From Chiloscyllium plagiosum (Eukaryota), in the NCBI RefSeq assembly GCF_004010195.1, contig NC_057752.1, positions 12,156,923 to 12,220,922 on the forward strand: DNA of 64,000 bases, in the 5' to 3' direction. The translations under genes were made by a program, and so were the position numbers. Shown here piece by piece: positions 1-12,242 of the stretch (its first letter is position 1; each line of letters opens with the position of its first letter). The notes under the pieces are model-generated. The model worked only from the letters and a program-made list of their open reading frames with translations, did no database searches and was not told the origin of the DNA.

Positions 1-372
1 CTGGACTTCAATATCATTCCTTAGGCTGCTATTCAAAGGTTGTGAAATCACATCCCACCAGGGTCGATTTTCAGTTCAATTTTTTGAAAAAACCTTCTTC
101 TCTGTTTTTGGTTGCTGTTCAGTCCCACGCTCCTGGAGAAGGAGCACGCAGTGTCCACCAACACCCTGGAGCTGTTCAGGGAGAGGTGGGCACCGCAGGG
201 AGTGGCTACTCTACTTTGGACAGGGAAATAATCCCTGCCCTCCCCTTCACTGTTTGATCACACAGCATTGCCCTTTGATGTGAAGGGCACTGCTTGCCAC
301 TGGCCACTCGGGTGTTTCCTTTCTTCCTGGTAGTGGAAATTGAATAAAGGTTCATACACCTTGATAAAAAAA
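1..372 (+). mobile_element. tRNA-Arg-headed / Tx1-tailed non-autonomous retroelement, copy 1 (cut by window start, internal deletion)
   Basis: 1-66 matches the 3' part of an intron-containing tRNA-Arg(TCT) (ggacttc..intron..attcaaaggttgtg..atcccaccagggtcg). The rest matches the Tx1 ORF2 C-terminus/3'UTR seen at 6830-7300 and 39260-39673, ending in AATAAA and an A-tract. Confidence 0.75.
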
Positions 373-509
373 ATAAACAAACAGGAGTGTCAGATATCCT
401 GTTCACTCTGAGAGCTGGCTCTGAGGGAGCTGGATTAGTGTCAAGGACTTCCACGTGTAAATAAAGGGTGACTTGGTGACGGGATACCGGCCTCTGCAGA
501 GGTATTTCA
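373..509 (+). mobile_element. 3' half of short Gypsy-type LTR (from TATA region to terminal CA)
   Basis: Homologous to LTR copies at 20719-20944 (-), 31891-32043 and 58588-58808; contains AATAAA and ends in ..tttCA. Confidence 0.75.
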
Positions 510-1657
510 CTCCCCATAACCCTTTGATCCCATTACTCATCAAGAATCCATCTATCTCTGTCTTAAATACACTCAATGACTTGGCCTCCACAGTCCCCTG
601 TGGCAATGATTTTCACAGATTCTCCACCTTCTGGCTGAAGAAATTCCTCCTCATCTCAGCTCTGAAGGGTCGTCCCTTCACTCTGAGGCTGTGCCCTCTC
701 CTGCTGGTGAAAATACCTTCTCCACATCCACTCTATCCAGGCCTCTCAGTATTCTGACAGGTTTCAGTCAGATCCCCCCTCATCCATCTAAACTCCATCG
801 CGTACAGACCCAGAGTCCTCCACCGCTCCTCATATGACAAGCCCTTTGTCCCCGGGATCTTCCTTATAAACTTCGTCTAGGCCCTCTCCAAGGCCAGCAC
901 ATCCTTCCTTAGATACAAGGCCCTAAACTGCTCACAATATTCCAAATGGAGTCTGACCAGAGCCCTATTCAGCCTCAATAGTACATCTCTGCTCTTGGAT
1001 TCTAGCCCTCTTGAAATAACTCTTAACATTGCATTAGCCTTCCTAATTGCCAACTAAACCTGCACATTAACCTTAAGAGAATCCTGAACTCGACTTCCAA
1101 GTCCCTTTGTGCTTCAGATTTCTGAAGCCTTTGCCCCATTCAGAAAATAGTCTACATCTCTATTCTTCCTACCAAACAACATAACCTCACACTTTCCTAC
1201 ATTGTATTCCATCTGCCACTCCTTTGTCTGCTCTCTCAGCCTGTCCAAGTCCTTTTGCAACTCCCCACTTCCTCAACTCTATCTGTCATAGAGTCATAGA
1301 GATGTACAGCATGGAAACAGACCCTTCGGTCCAACCTGTCCATGCCGACCAGATATCCCAACCCAATCTAGTCCCACCTGCCAGCACCCGGCCCATATCC
1401 CTCCAAATCCTTCCTATTCATATACCCATCCAAATGCCTCTTAAATGTTGCAATTGTACCAGCCTTCACCACTTCCTCTGGCAGCTTGTTCCATACACGT
1501 GCCACCCTCTGTGTGAAAATGTTGCCCCTGAGGTCTCTTTTATTTCTTTTCCCTCTCACCTTAAACCTATGCACCTCTAGTTCTGGTCTCCCCGATCCCA
1601 GGGAAAAGACTTTGCCTATTTACCCTATCCATGCCCCTCATAATTTTGTAAACCTCT
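510..1657 (-). mobile_element. CR1 LINE 3' fragments (two adjacent copies; second 1285-1657)
   Basis: Minus-strand ORF2 C-terminal motifs (FTQRVARVWNKLPEEVV, FKTEIDGFL) and a short-repeat tail. Confidence 0.85.
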
Positions 1658-1925
1658 ATCGCTCCTGTACTCCATGTTCTCGAATGGGAGAGAGAGAGAG
1701 AGAGACCCTGCTGCAGGGGCCCATCGAGTCGGCCGTTCGGTCACGGGTGACCAACCTCGGGCCTGCTGAGGTTCCATTGCGTCCTGCTCGGCCGCTCGCC
1801 GTCGTTGCTAGGTAACGGTCGGCTCCCCACCCTCCCTGATTTCCCGTTTGGCAGCGGGACTAACCTCCCCAACACCCCCCTCCCCAGTTTTCACCTCTCT
1901 CCCACCCCCTCTTTCGCTCTGGCAG

Positions 1926-2075
1926 CTGGTCGCCAACGCTGTGGTGTTCACCTGTGGGATCCTGGTGGGGGCCTACCAGAAACACCTGATGGACCGGGCC
2001 CTCCGCAAGACCTTCGAGGACACCCTCAACTGCGTCAAGTCCCACCTCAAACTGGAGCACGAGAAGAAGCAGCAG
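1926..2075 (+). CDS. Internal exon of membrane adenylate cyclase, ADCY2/4/7 subgroup (closest to ADCY4/ADCY2); end of M1 domain into coiled coil before C1a
   Basis: Pyrimidine tract + cag acceptor at 1923-1925, GTGAG donor at 2076, 150 bp, phase 0/0. Encodes LVANAVVFTCGILVGAYQKHLMDRALRKTFEDTLNCVKSHLKLEHEKKQQ, matching the ADCY2/4 segment just before ERLLLS. Confidence 0.9.
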
Positions 2076-2167
2076 GTGAGGCGGTGGGTGGGTGAGCTGG
2101 TGGGTGGGGGCCCGCGGCCCACTTGGAGTCAGGCTTCGGGCCTCGCCGCGACCTCCGACCTCCCTCA

Positions 2168-2585
2168 CTAACCGGGCCTAGTCGCGATCTCTGCCACTCT
2201 CCGGCCCCACTCCCCCGATAACCGGGCCTAGTCGCAATCTCTGACATCCTCCGGCCCCACTCCCCCGCTAACCGGGCCTAGTCGCAATCTCTGACATCCT
2301 CCAGCCCCACTCCCCTGCTAACCGGGCCTAGTCGCGATCTCTGACATCCTCCAGCCCCACTCTCCCGCTAACCGGGTCTAGTCGCGATCTCTGACATACT
2401 CCGGCCCCACTCCCCCGCTAACCGGGTCTAGTCGCGATCTCTGACACACTACGGCCCCACTCCCCTGCTAACCGGGCCTAGTCACGATCTCTGACACTGT
2501 CCGGCACGACTCCCCAGCTAACCGGGCCTAGTCGCAATCTCTGACATCCTCCGGCCCCACTCCCCTGCTAACCGGGCCTAGTCGC
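2168..2585. repeat. 50-bp GC-rich minisatellite, about 8 copies, runs into gap
   Basis: Unit taaccgggcctagtcgcgatctctgacatcctccggccccactcccccgc recurs at 2169, 2219, 2269 and so on. Confidence 0.95.
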
Positions 2586-5500
2586 NNNNNNNNNNNNNNN
2601 NNNNNNNNNNNNNNNNNNNNNNNNNNNNNNNNNNNNNNNNNNNNNNNNNNNNNNNNNNNNNNNNNNNNNNNNNNNNNNNNNNNNNNNNNNNNNNNNNNNN
2701 NNNNNNNNNNNNNNNNNNNNNNNNNNNNNNNNNNNNNNNNNNNNNNNNNNNNNNNNNNNNNNNNNNNNNNNNNNNNNNNNNNNNNNNNNNNNNNNNTATA
2801 TCTTTCCCCTCTCACCCTAAACCTATGCCCTCTAGTTCTGGACTCCCTGACTCCAGGGAAAAGGCTTTGTCTATTTATCCATCCATGCCCCTCATAATTT
2901 TGTAAACCTCTATAAGATCACCCCTCAGCCTCCGACGCTCCAGGGAAATCAGCCCCAGCCTGTTTAGCCTCTCCCTGTAGCTCAGATCCTCCAATCCCTG
3001 ATCAGGTCCTGGGGATTTATCTACTTTTAACCGTTTTAAGACGTCCAGCACTTCCTCCTTTGTAATCTGGACATTTTGCAAGATGTCACCATCTATTTCC
3101 CTACAGTCTATATCTTCCATATCCTTTTCCACAGTAAATACTGATGCAAAATACTCATTTAGTATCTCCCCCATTTTCTGCGGCTCCACACAAAGGTCAC
3201 CTTGCTGATCTTTGAGGGGCTTTATTCTCTCCCTAGTTACCCTTTTGTCCTTAATATATTTGTAAAAACCCTTTGGATTCTCCTTAATTCTATTGGCCAA
3301 AGCTATCTCATGTCCCCTTTTTGCCCTCCTGATTTCCCTCTTAAGTATACTCCTATTTCCTTTATACTCTTCTAAGGATTCATTCGATCTCTCCTGTCTA
3401 TACCTGACAAACGCTTCCCTCTTTTTCTTAACCAAACCCTCAATTTCTTTAGTCATCCAGCATTCCCTGTACCTACCCTTTCACCCTGACAGGATTATAC
3501 TTTCTCTGGATTCTTGTTATCTCATTTCTGAAGGCTTCCCAATTTCCTGTGAACATCTGCCCCCAATCAGCTTTCGAAAGTTCTTGCCTAATACCATCAA
3601 AATTGGCCTTTCTCCAATTTAGAACTTCAACTTTTAGATCTGGCCTATCCTTTTCCATCACTATTTAAAATCTAACAGAATTATGGTCGCTGGCCCCAAA
3701 GTGCTCCCCCGTTGATACCTCAGTTACCTGCCCTGCCTTATTTCCCAAGAGTAGGTCAGGTTTTGCACCTTCTCTAGTAGGTACACAGACTGAATCAGAA
3801 AATTGTCTTGTTTGTACTTAACAAATTCCTCTCCGTCTGTACCCTTAACACTATGTCAGCCTTAGTCTATGTTTGAAAAGTTAAAATCCCCTACCATAAC
3901 CACCCAATTATTCTTACAGATAGCTGAGATCTCCTTACAAGTTTGTTTCTCAATTTCCCTCTGACTATTAGGGGGTCTATTATACAATCGCAATAAGCTT
4001 ATCATCTCTTTCTTATTTCTCAGTCCCACCCAAATAACTTCCCTGGATGTATTTCTGGGAATATCCTCCCTCAGCACAGCTGTAATGCTATCCCTTATCA
4101 AAAATGCCACCCACTCCCCCCCCCACCTCTCTTGCCTCCCTTTCTATCCTTCATGTAGCATTTGTATCCTGGAACATTAAGCTGCCAGTCCTGCCCATCC
4201 CTGAGCCATGTTTCTGTAATTGCTATGATATCCCAGTCCCATGTTCTTAACCATGCCCTGAGTTCACCTGCCTTCCCTGTTAGCCCCCTTGCATTGAAAT
4301 AAATGCAGTTTAATTTATCAGTCCTACCTTGTCCCTGCCTGCCCTGACTGTTTGACTCACTTCTGTTCTCAGCTGTACCGGTCTCAGATCGATCTCTTTC
4401 CTCAGTTTCTCCCTGGGTCCCACCGCCCCCCCACCTTACTAGTCTAAATCCTCCCAATCAGCTCGAGCAAACCTCCCTGCCAGTATATTAGTCCCCTTCC
4501 AATTTAGGTGCAATCTATCCTTCTTGCACAGGTCACTTGTACCCCAAAAGAGATTCTAATGATCCAAATATGTGAATCCTTCTCCCATACACCAGCTCCT
4601 CAGCCATGCATTCATCTGCTCTATCCTCCTATTCCTACCCTCACTAGCTCGTAGCGCTGGGAGTAATCCAGATATTACTACCCTTGAGGACCTCCTTTTT
4701 AAATTTCTGCCTAACTCTCTATAATCTCCCTTCAGAATCTCAACCTTTTCCCTTCCAGTGTCGTTGGTTCCAATGTGGACAATGACCTCCTGCTGGCCCC
4801 TCTCCCCCGTGAGAATATTCTGCACCCTCTCTAAGACATCCTTGATACTGGCACCAGGGAAACAAGACACCATTCTGCTTTTTCTCTGCTGGCCACAGAA
4901 ACGTCTGTTTGTACCTCGGACTACAGAATCCCCTTACACAATTGAACTCTTGGAACCCCTCGTTGCATTAGAGCCAGTCTTAATACCAGAAACTTAGCTG
5001 CTTGTGCTACGTTCCCCTGAGAATCCATCACCCCCTACATTTTCCAAAACAGCATACCTGTTTGAAATGGGTATATCCACAAAAGACCCCTGTACTAGCT
5101 GCCTACCTCTCTTACCTTTCCTGGAGTTAACCCATCTATGTGACTGTATCTGAGACTTTCCCCCCTTCCTATAACTGCCATCCATCACATACTGTTGCTG
5201 TTGCAAATTCCTCATTGCTTCTATCTGTCTCTCCAACCGATCCACTCGATCTGATAAGATTCGCAGCCAACAGCATTTATGGCAGATATAATCCGCAGTA
5301 ACCCTTAAACTCTCTTTAAACTCCCACATCTGACAAGAAGTACAGATCACTCTATTAAAGGCCATTTTTGCTCCTTCACAAATTACAGACCCAGAAATTA
5401 ACACCGTCTTATTCCTCTACAAACACTGCCCCAGGTTAAATTAATAGTTATGGCTTATATTTTAAGTTTAATCAAGAGACATACCTCCAAAAACATCTAA

Positions 5501-5840
5501 TCAAGAAAGAACCCACTCTACTCACTACTGTAGATTCTCTGTGTACCACACGTAAAACAACAATTAACTTATCTGATTCTGTGTTGTGAACTTCGCCCAA
5601 ACCGGTTCCTCCAAGATTAGTTGTGAAATTCACTGTTTGTTAATTTTCCCAGATGTACTCCGATGTCCAACGATACATGAATTCAAAAACAGCAAAGGCA
5701 GTAACTGTGCAGGTTCTCTCTCTCTCTCTCTCTCCTGCACTGACCTCACCATGAGCTTCCTTTGTCTGCTCTTCTCCCTTTTAAAGCTGCTGTTGTTTTG
5801 ACTTTTTTTTCCCAATGTTCCAAAACAATGCAATAGCTTA

Positions 5841-6125
5841 TAAAAATCACACAACACCAGGTTATAGTCCAACAGGTTTAATTGGAAGCACACTAGCTTT
5901 TGGAGCGATGCGCCTTCATCAGGTGATAGTGGATAATTTCAGTTACATCACACTGTAAATATTTGCTATAAATTCCGTGTGTTAGGATCGAGCCCTCCAC
6001 TATCACCTGATGACGGAGCGTCGCTCCGAAAGCTAGTGTGCTTCCAATTAAACCTGTTGGACTATAACCTGGTGGTGTGTGATTTTTAACTTTGTACACC
6101 CCAGTGCAACACCGGCATCTCCAAA
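5841..6125 (+). mobile_element. Penelope-like pseudo-LTR with inverted 5' partial copy, inserted in CR1 5' region
   Basis: Inverted arms 5841-5933 and 5996-6088; carries a hammerhead core. Confidence 0.7.
6004..6038 (+). ncRNA. Minimal type I hammerhead ribozyme motif
   Basis: CAC-CTGATGA-c-GGAGC-gtc-GCTCC-GAAA-GCTA-GTG: core, 5-bp stem II, palindromic AGCT stem III, CAC/GTG stem I. Confidence 0.7.
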
Positions 6126-6249
6126 AGCATATAAAAGAGTAATTGCTGCTCCTGGAATTTGAGGAAATCACCTCCAGCACCTAAAATACCTCAAAAAAGG
6201 AGCAGCTGTTACAGCCAGAAATTTTTCCCGTCCTCCATCTTGGATTACC

Positions 6250-6670
6250 CAGAATCTTCTCCTTTCTTTGTGCCATCTGTAAACAATGCAACCATACTCT
6301 TAATTCCTTCATCCAGATCATTAATATGTAACGTGAATAGTTGTGGCCCTGATGCTAATCCCCTGTGGAACTCCACTAGCCACTGGCTCCATCCTGAAAA
6401 CGATCCCTTTATGCCCACTCTCTGCCTTCCATCAGTCAGCCAATCCTCTATCCACGCTAGTACCTTACCCCTCACACCAGGGGCTCCTGTCTTATTTAGC
6501 AGCCTCCTGTACAGAAACGTGTCAAAGGCCTTCTGGAAATCAAAACAGGTCACGTCCATTGGATCCCTTTTGTCTAACCTGCTCATTACCTCCTCAAAGA
6601 ATTCCATCAGATCTGTCAGGCGTGACCACCCCTTGATGAAGCCATGCTGACTCAGCCCTATTTTACAATG
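6250..6670 (-). mobile_element. CR1 RT fragment
   Basis: QHGFIKG..DFQKAFD..WIEDWLTDGRQRVGI motifs. Confidence 0.85.
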
Positions 6671-6733
6671 TAGTTCATGTACTCCGCAAAAAAAAGCAAG
6701 AAAAAGAAAAAAAAAGAACAGAAGCGTAAGCGC

Positions 6734-7440
6734 GGCTCTGTGACGCAATTGAAAGCGCACTGGACTTCAATATCATTCCTCAGGCTGCTTTTCAAAAGTT
6801 GTGAATTCACATCCCACCAGATTTTCAGTTAAATTTTTCTTAAAAACTTTCTTCCCTGTTTTGGGTTGCTGTTCAGTCCCACGCTCCTGATTTTTGGGTA
6901 CCTGGTATGGAGGGGGGAGGGCAAGTCTGAAGACCTCCTCGTGGGTCTGTTCCTGGGCCTGGCCAAACTGGCCATCAACAGGTCCAGGCAGCGGGCCGTG
7001 GAGGGGGTCGTTAGGGCTGACTGCCTGTTCCTCTTCCGCGGGTATGTCAGAGACCGGGTGTTTCTGGAGAAGGAGCACGCGGTGTCCACCAACACCCTTA
7101 AGCTGTTCAGGGAGAGGTGGGCACCGCAGGGAGTGGAGTGCTTTATTTCCCCCTCCAACTCTATTTTAATCCCTGCCGTCCCTTTCACTGTTTGATCACG
7201 CAGCACTGCCTTTGATGTAAAGGGCATTGCTTGTCACTGGCCACCCGGGTATCTCTTTTTTTCATGGTGGTGGAAATTGAATAAAGATTTGTACACCTTG
7301 TGTCTTTCGCTGTGTCTGACACCTGCACACACACAACATGGGTGCTGGGGAAAAATAAGCATTACTGCAGTTAGGCAGTAATGTGGACAAAAAAAAATTT
7401 TAAAAATAAGCTAGAGTGTCAGACATTCTGTTAAAAAAAA
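6734..7440 (+). mobile_element. tRNA-Arg-headed / Tx1-tailed non-autonomous retroelement, copy 2
   Basis: 6734-6820 is a degenerate intron-containing tRNA-Arg(TCT). It is followed by the Tx1 ORF2 C-terminus (LLVGLFLGLAKLAINRSRQR), a 3'UTR, an A-tract, a short LTR-derived piece and a second A-tract. Confidence 0.8.
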
Positions 7441-7449
7441 GAATAGATG

Positions 7450-10308
7450 CGCGAGTCAGGAACTTGCTGGAAGGTACTAAATTGGAGAGAAAGCAGATTA
7501 CATCAGTGTTAGGCAGGAGCTAGAGGGTAGGAGAAAGTGAGGTCTGCAGATGCTGGAGATCAGAGTCGAGAGTGTGTTGCTGGAAAAGCACAGCAGGTCA
7601 GGCAGCATCAGGAGCTAGAGGGTGCTAATTGGGAGGAGCTGTTACTGGGTAAGTCCACATTTGACATGTGGGAGTTGTTTAAAGACCTGCTAATCAAAGT
7701 TCAGGACTGGCATGTTCCAGTAGGAGCAAGGACAAGGATAGCAAGGTAAGGGACCCTTGGATAACAAGGGAGGCTGTGAATTTAGTCAAAGGGAAAGAAG
7801 TATATGCAAAATTTAGGAAGCTAAAATCGGACAGGGCCCATGAGGAATATCGAGAAAGTAGGAAAGAACTCAAGCAGGGAATCAGGAGAGCAAGAAGGGG
7901 CCATGAAATGACCTTGGCAAGTAGGGTTAAAGAGAATCCCAAGGCATTCTGTACATATATTAAAAACAAGAGGATAACTCCGGAGAAGGTAGGACCACTC
8001 AAGAATAAAGGAGGGAACTTGTGCCTGGAGGCAGAGGATGTGGCTGAGATTTAAAATGAGTACTTTGCATCGGTACTCACCAGGAGAAGGATGTGGGGGT
8101 TAGTGAGATTAGTGTGGAGCATGTGAATATGCTAGGGCATTTTGAGATCAAGGAAGATGTGGTGTTGTATCTCTTGAAGAGTATTAACATGGATAAGTTT
8201 CCAGGGCCCAATGGTATCTACACCAGGTTAGTGAGAGAGGCAAGAGAGGAGATTGCTGGGGTCTTGACCAAGATCTTTGTACCCTTGCTAGCCACTGGAG
8301 AGGTGGACTGGCAAGTTGCTAATGTTGTTCCTCTGTTCAAGAAGGGAAATGGAGATAATCCAGGAAACTATAGACGAGTAAGTCTCACATCGATGGCTGG
8401 GAAGCCATTAGAGACAATTCTTAGGGATAGGATTTACGCGCATTTGGAAAAGTATAGCTGAATTAGGGACAGTCAGCATGGCTTTGTGCAGTGCAGGTCA
8501 TGCCTTACTAACTTGATTACATTTTTCAAGGAGGAGATGAAGATGATGGATGAGGGTAGAGCAGTGAATTTTAGTAAAGCTTTCAACAAGGTCATTCATG
8601 GTAGGCTCATCCCGAAGATTAAGACGCATGGGATCCATGGTGACTTGGCCACGTGGATTCAGAATTGGCTTGCCTACAGAAGGTAGAGGGTAGTGGTGGA
8701 AGGGTGCTTTTCTGGCTGGAGGTCCATGACTTACTTGAAAGTGGAGTCTCAGGTAGACAGGATAGTGAAGAAGGTGTTTGGTATGCTTTCCTTTATTGGT
8801 CAGAGTATTGAGTATAGGAGTTGGGAAGTCATGTTGTGGCTGTACAAGATATTGGTTAGGCCACTTTTGCAATTTTAGTCTCCCTCCTAGAAGAAGGATG
8901 TTGTGAAATTTGAAAGGGTTCAGTAAATATTTACAAGGATGTTGCCAGGGTTGGAGGATTTGAGCTATAGGGGGAGGCTGAACAGGCTGGGGCTCTTTTC
9001 CCTGGAGCGTCAGACTGAAGGGTGACCTTATAGAGGGATTTATTTTGCAAAGAGGTTTATAAAATTATGAGGGGCATGGATAGGGTAAATAGACAAGGTC
9101 TTTTCCCTGGGGTGGGAGTCCAGAACTAGAGGGCATAGGTTTAAGGTGAGAGGGGAAGAAAAGGGACATATGGGGCAACTTTTTCACACAAAGGGTGATG
9201 CATATATGGAATAAGCTGCCAGAGGAAGTGGTGGAGACTGGTACAATGACATCATTTAAAAGGCATCTGGATGGGCAGATGAATAGGAAGGGGTCAGAGG
9301 GATATGGGCCGGGTGCTGGCAAATGGGACTAGATTAATTTAGGATACCTAGTCAGCACGGACGAGTTGGAGTGAAAGATCTGTTTCCATGCTGTACGTCT
9401 CTTTGACTCTAGTGGTGTTCTGCAGGGATCTGTATTGGGACCTCTCCTGTTTGTGCTGTATACCTAAATGACTTGGATGAAATTGGAGTTGTGGATAGTG
9501 TAGAAGGTTGTCAAAGGATACAATGGATCAGTTGCAAATATGGGTGGGGAAATGGCAGATGGAGTTGAATCCGGGTAAAGTGTGAGGTGCTGCACTTTGG
9601 GAGATCAAATATTAAGGAAAAGTATACAGTTAATGGCAGTACACTGAACAGCATTGATGTACAGAAGGATCAAGTCCATAGCTCCCTGACAATGGCCACA
9701 CAAGTAGATAGGGTGGTAAAGGAGGCATATGGCGTGCTTACCTTTATTGGTCGGGGAATTAAGTACAAGAGTCAGGATGCCATGTTGCAGCTTTGTAAAG
9801 CTTTGGTTAGACCACGCTTAGAGTATTGCATTCACTCCAGTTGCCACATTACAGGAAGGATGTGGAAGCTTGAGGGAGGGTGCAGAAGAGGTCTACCAGG
9901 ATGCTGCCTGGATTAAAGGGTATGAGCTATTAGCAGAGGCTAGAGGAGACTTAGGGGAAAGAAGTCTATAAAATTATGAGATGCATAGATAGGGTTGATG
10001 GTGATAATCTCTTTCCCAGAGTTGAAATATCAATTGGAGGCATGCAGTTAAGGTGAGTGGGGGAAAGTTCCAAGGAGGGGCACCATTTTCTACACAGTAG
10101 GAGTGTGGAATGCACTGCCAGGGGTGGTGGCTGAGGCAGATACGATAGGTGCTTTTAAGCAACTTTTAGATAAGCACATGAATAAGCAAGGAACAGAGGG
10201 TTATGGACCAAGGGCAGGCAGAAGGGATTAGTTTAATTTGGCATCATGTTCAGCACAACATCGTGGGCCGAAGGACCTGTTCCTATGCTGTACAGTTCTA
10301 TGCTCTAA
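7450..10308 (+). mobile_element. Decayed CR1 with nested CR1 3' fragment (about 8728-9410) and short Penelope repeat piece (about 7530-7610)
   Basis: Fragmented ORF2 motifs (KENPKAF, NPGNYR, FSKAF, VRPRLEYC) and 3' tails. Confidence 0.85.
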
Positions 10309-10329
10309 GTACCTCAGGGTTAAATACCA

Positions 10330-11620
10330 TCCGCCATTGGTCTACCCATCTGACCAACCTATCTGTATCTTCCTACAACTTAACCATCTTCTTCACTGTT
10401 AATCACTACCAATCTTGATTTGGTCTGCAAATTTGCTTAGTATTCCCCCCAGATTTCCATCCAAATCATTTATATGCATAACAAACAATCAGGGTCCCGG
10501 TACTGATCCTTGAGGTACACCGCTGGATACTAGCCTCTAGTCACTCAACTTGTACCACTGCCCTTTGTGTCCTATTTCTAAGCCAGTTTCCGATTCATCT
10601 CACCTAGTTTCCCAGAATTCCATGTGCTTTAACTTTCTCAATCAGTCTCCCATGTGGGACCTTGTCAAAGGCTTTGCTAAAATCCATATAAACTACTTCA
10701 ACTTAAATCCCTCATCCACACACTTAATCACATTTTCAAAAAAATTCTAACAAATTTGTTAGGCATGACCTCCCTCTGACAAAAACATGCTGACTTCCCT
10801 AATAAACCCGTGCCTTTCCAAGTGGGCATTAATTCACTCCTTCAGAATTTTCTCCAATAGTTTCCCTACCACTGACGTGAGACTCACCAGTCTGTTATTT
10901 CCTGGTTCATCTCTACCACCTTTCTGAAAAAGTGGAACAACTTTAGCCATCCTCCAGTTCTGTGGCACATCCCCCATGGCCAGAGAGGGATTAAAAATTT
11001 GTGTCAGAGCCCCTGCAATTTTCTGTCTTGTGTCCCACAGCAGTCTGCGATGCAATTCATCCGCGCCAGAGGAATTGTGTGTTTTTCAGTCCAACAGAGC
11101 CTCTAATACCTCCCCATTTCCTTTGTCAAACTGTACAAGTTCCTCACAGTCCCTTTTCCTGAATTCCGTTCCTATGTTCTCCTTTTCCAGCGTGAAGACC
11201 AAAGAGAAGTATTTATTCAACACCCTTACAAGATCCTGTGGCTTCATACACAGGTTGGTCTCTTGGTCCCTAATGGGCCCTATTCTTTCCCTATTCTTCC
11301 CCTTAATGTATTTATAAAATCTCTTAGGATTCTCCATGATCCTGTTTGCAAGTCCTTTCTCATGCCCCCTTTTTGCTCTTCTAATTGCCTTAAGGTCCCT
11401 CCTGCATTTTCTGTATTCCTCTAGGGCCGCAGCTGAATTGTTCCCTTTGGCCTTGCTAAAAGTCCTCTTCTTCGTCTTATTTATCTGACTCTTAACTGTC
11501 CTAGTAATCCAGGGTTCTCTGAACCTATTGTCCCTACATTTAATTCTAAAGGGTACATATTGGACCTGTACTCTCCCCAGCTCTTTTTTGAATGCCCCCC
11601 CCCATGCGCTGCTGTAGATT
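10330..11620 (-). mobile_element. CR1 ORF2 fragment
   Basis: ENPKRFYKYIK, SLTSVVGKLLE motifs. Confidence 0.85.
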
Positions 11621-12242
11621 CCACCTCCACTGGAGGTGCTGACTTTCAGATGTGACATTGATAAACAGAAAAGGCCTTAGTTTAACAATATAATAGCAAA
11701 GCATTCCATGGAATAGTCACAAATGGATTCATATCTGAAAATATCCACACAGCAAGCTCCTGATCTTAAGGCAGTTAGGAGGGGCTAGATGCTTCTCTAT
11801 TTCACTGAGTCATTCGTCATTGTTTTCACATGTCTAGCTGGAGGCTGGTAATGGTGCCAGTGGCAGGGCAGACCACTTATTCACCTTTCCAACAAAGAAA
11901 AATTGTGTGGGCCTATACAGGGAGACGCTTCTAACAAGCAAGGACAATGCAAATAAATCATATTTGCTGCTGTTAACATGGAAGTATTATTTTATGAAAG
12001 ACCACAAATAGACAAGACAGGGTGCAAGAGAGAAAACGTTAAATAAAAATGGGGTTAGAATAGGTAGGTGCTTGTTTTTGACCAGCACAGACTTGATGGA
12101 GCAAAGGACCGTTTTCTGTGCTGTAGACCTTTATGCCTCTTGTCACAGTAACAGATGAGAGAGAGAGCAAAAGCTTGCAGGGGAGGGTAAGCATACATGA
12201 AGAAAAGGAATAATGGAAGTGGGTGGGGATGCGATGGCGACA

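Larger units (their letters stand above)
2797..6240 (-). mobile_element. CR1 LINE with 5'UTR, ORF1 (zinc finger + SGNH esterase) and APE endonuclease; most of RT deleted
   Basis: ORF1: CTSCQMW..CHKC, CFPGASI, VIVHIGTND. APE: YFNARGL, IAITETW, VGDFN. ORF2 jumps from KSPGPDQ directly to GLEDLSYRERL. Confidence 0.9.

Noticed and set aside
1926..2075. ADCY6 (neighbour of VDR in human)
   Set aside because: Peptide fits the ADCY2/4/7 pattern (G.Y.K.LM..AL) rather than ADCY5/6 (THYPAEVSQRQAF).
2168..2585. CRISPR-like array
   Set aside because: Contiguous 50-bp units with no unique spacers, in eukaryotic DNA; it is a minisatellite.
6734..6820. Functional tRNA or UGA-suppressor/Sec tRNA (anticodon reads TCA)
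   Set aside because: B box and acceptor 3' end are damaged, the body is Arg-type, and it is fused to a Tx1 tail in two copies; it is a repeat head.
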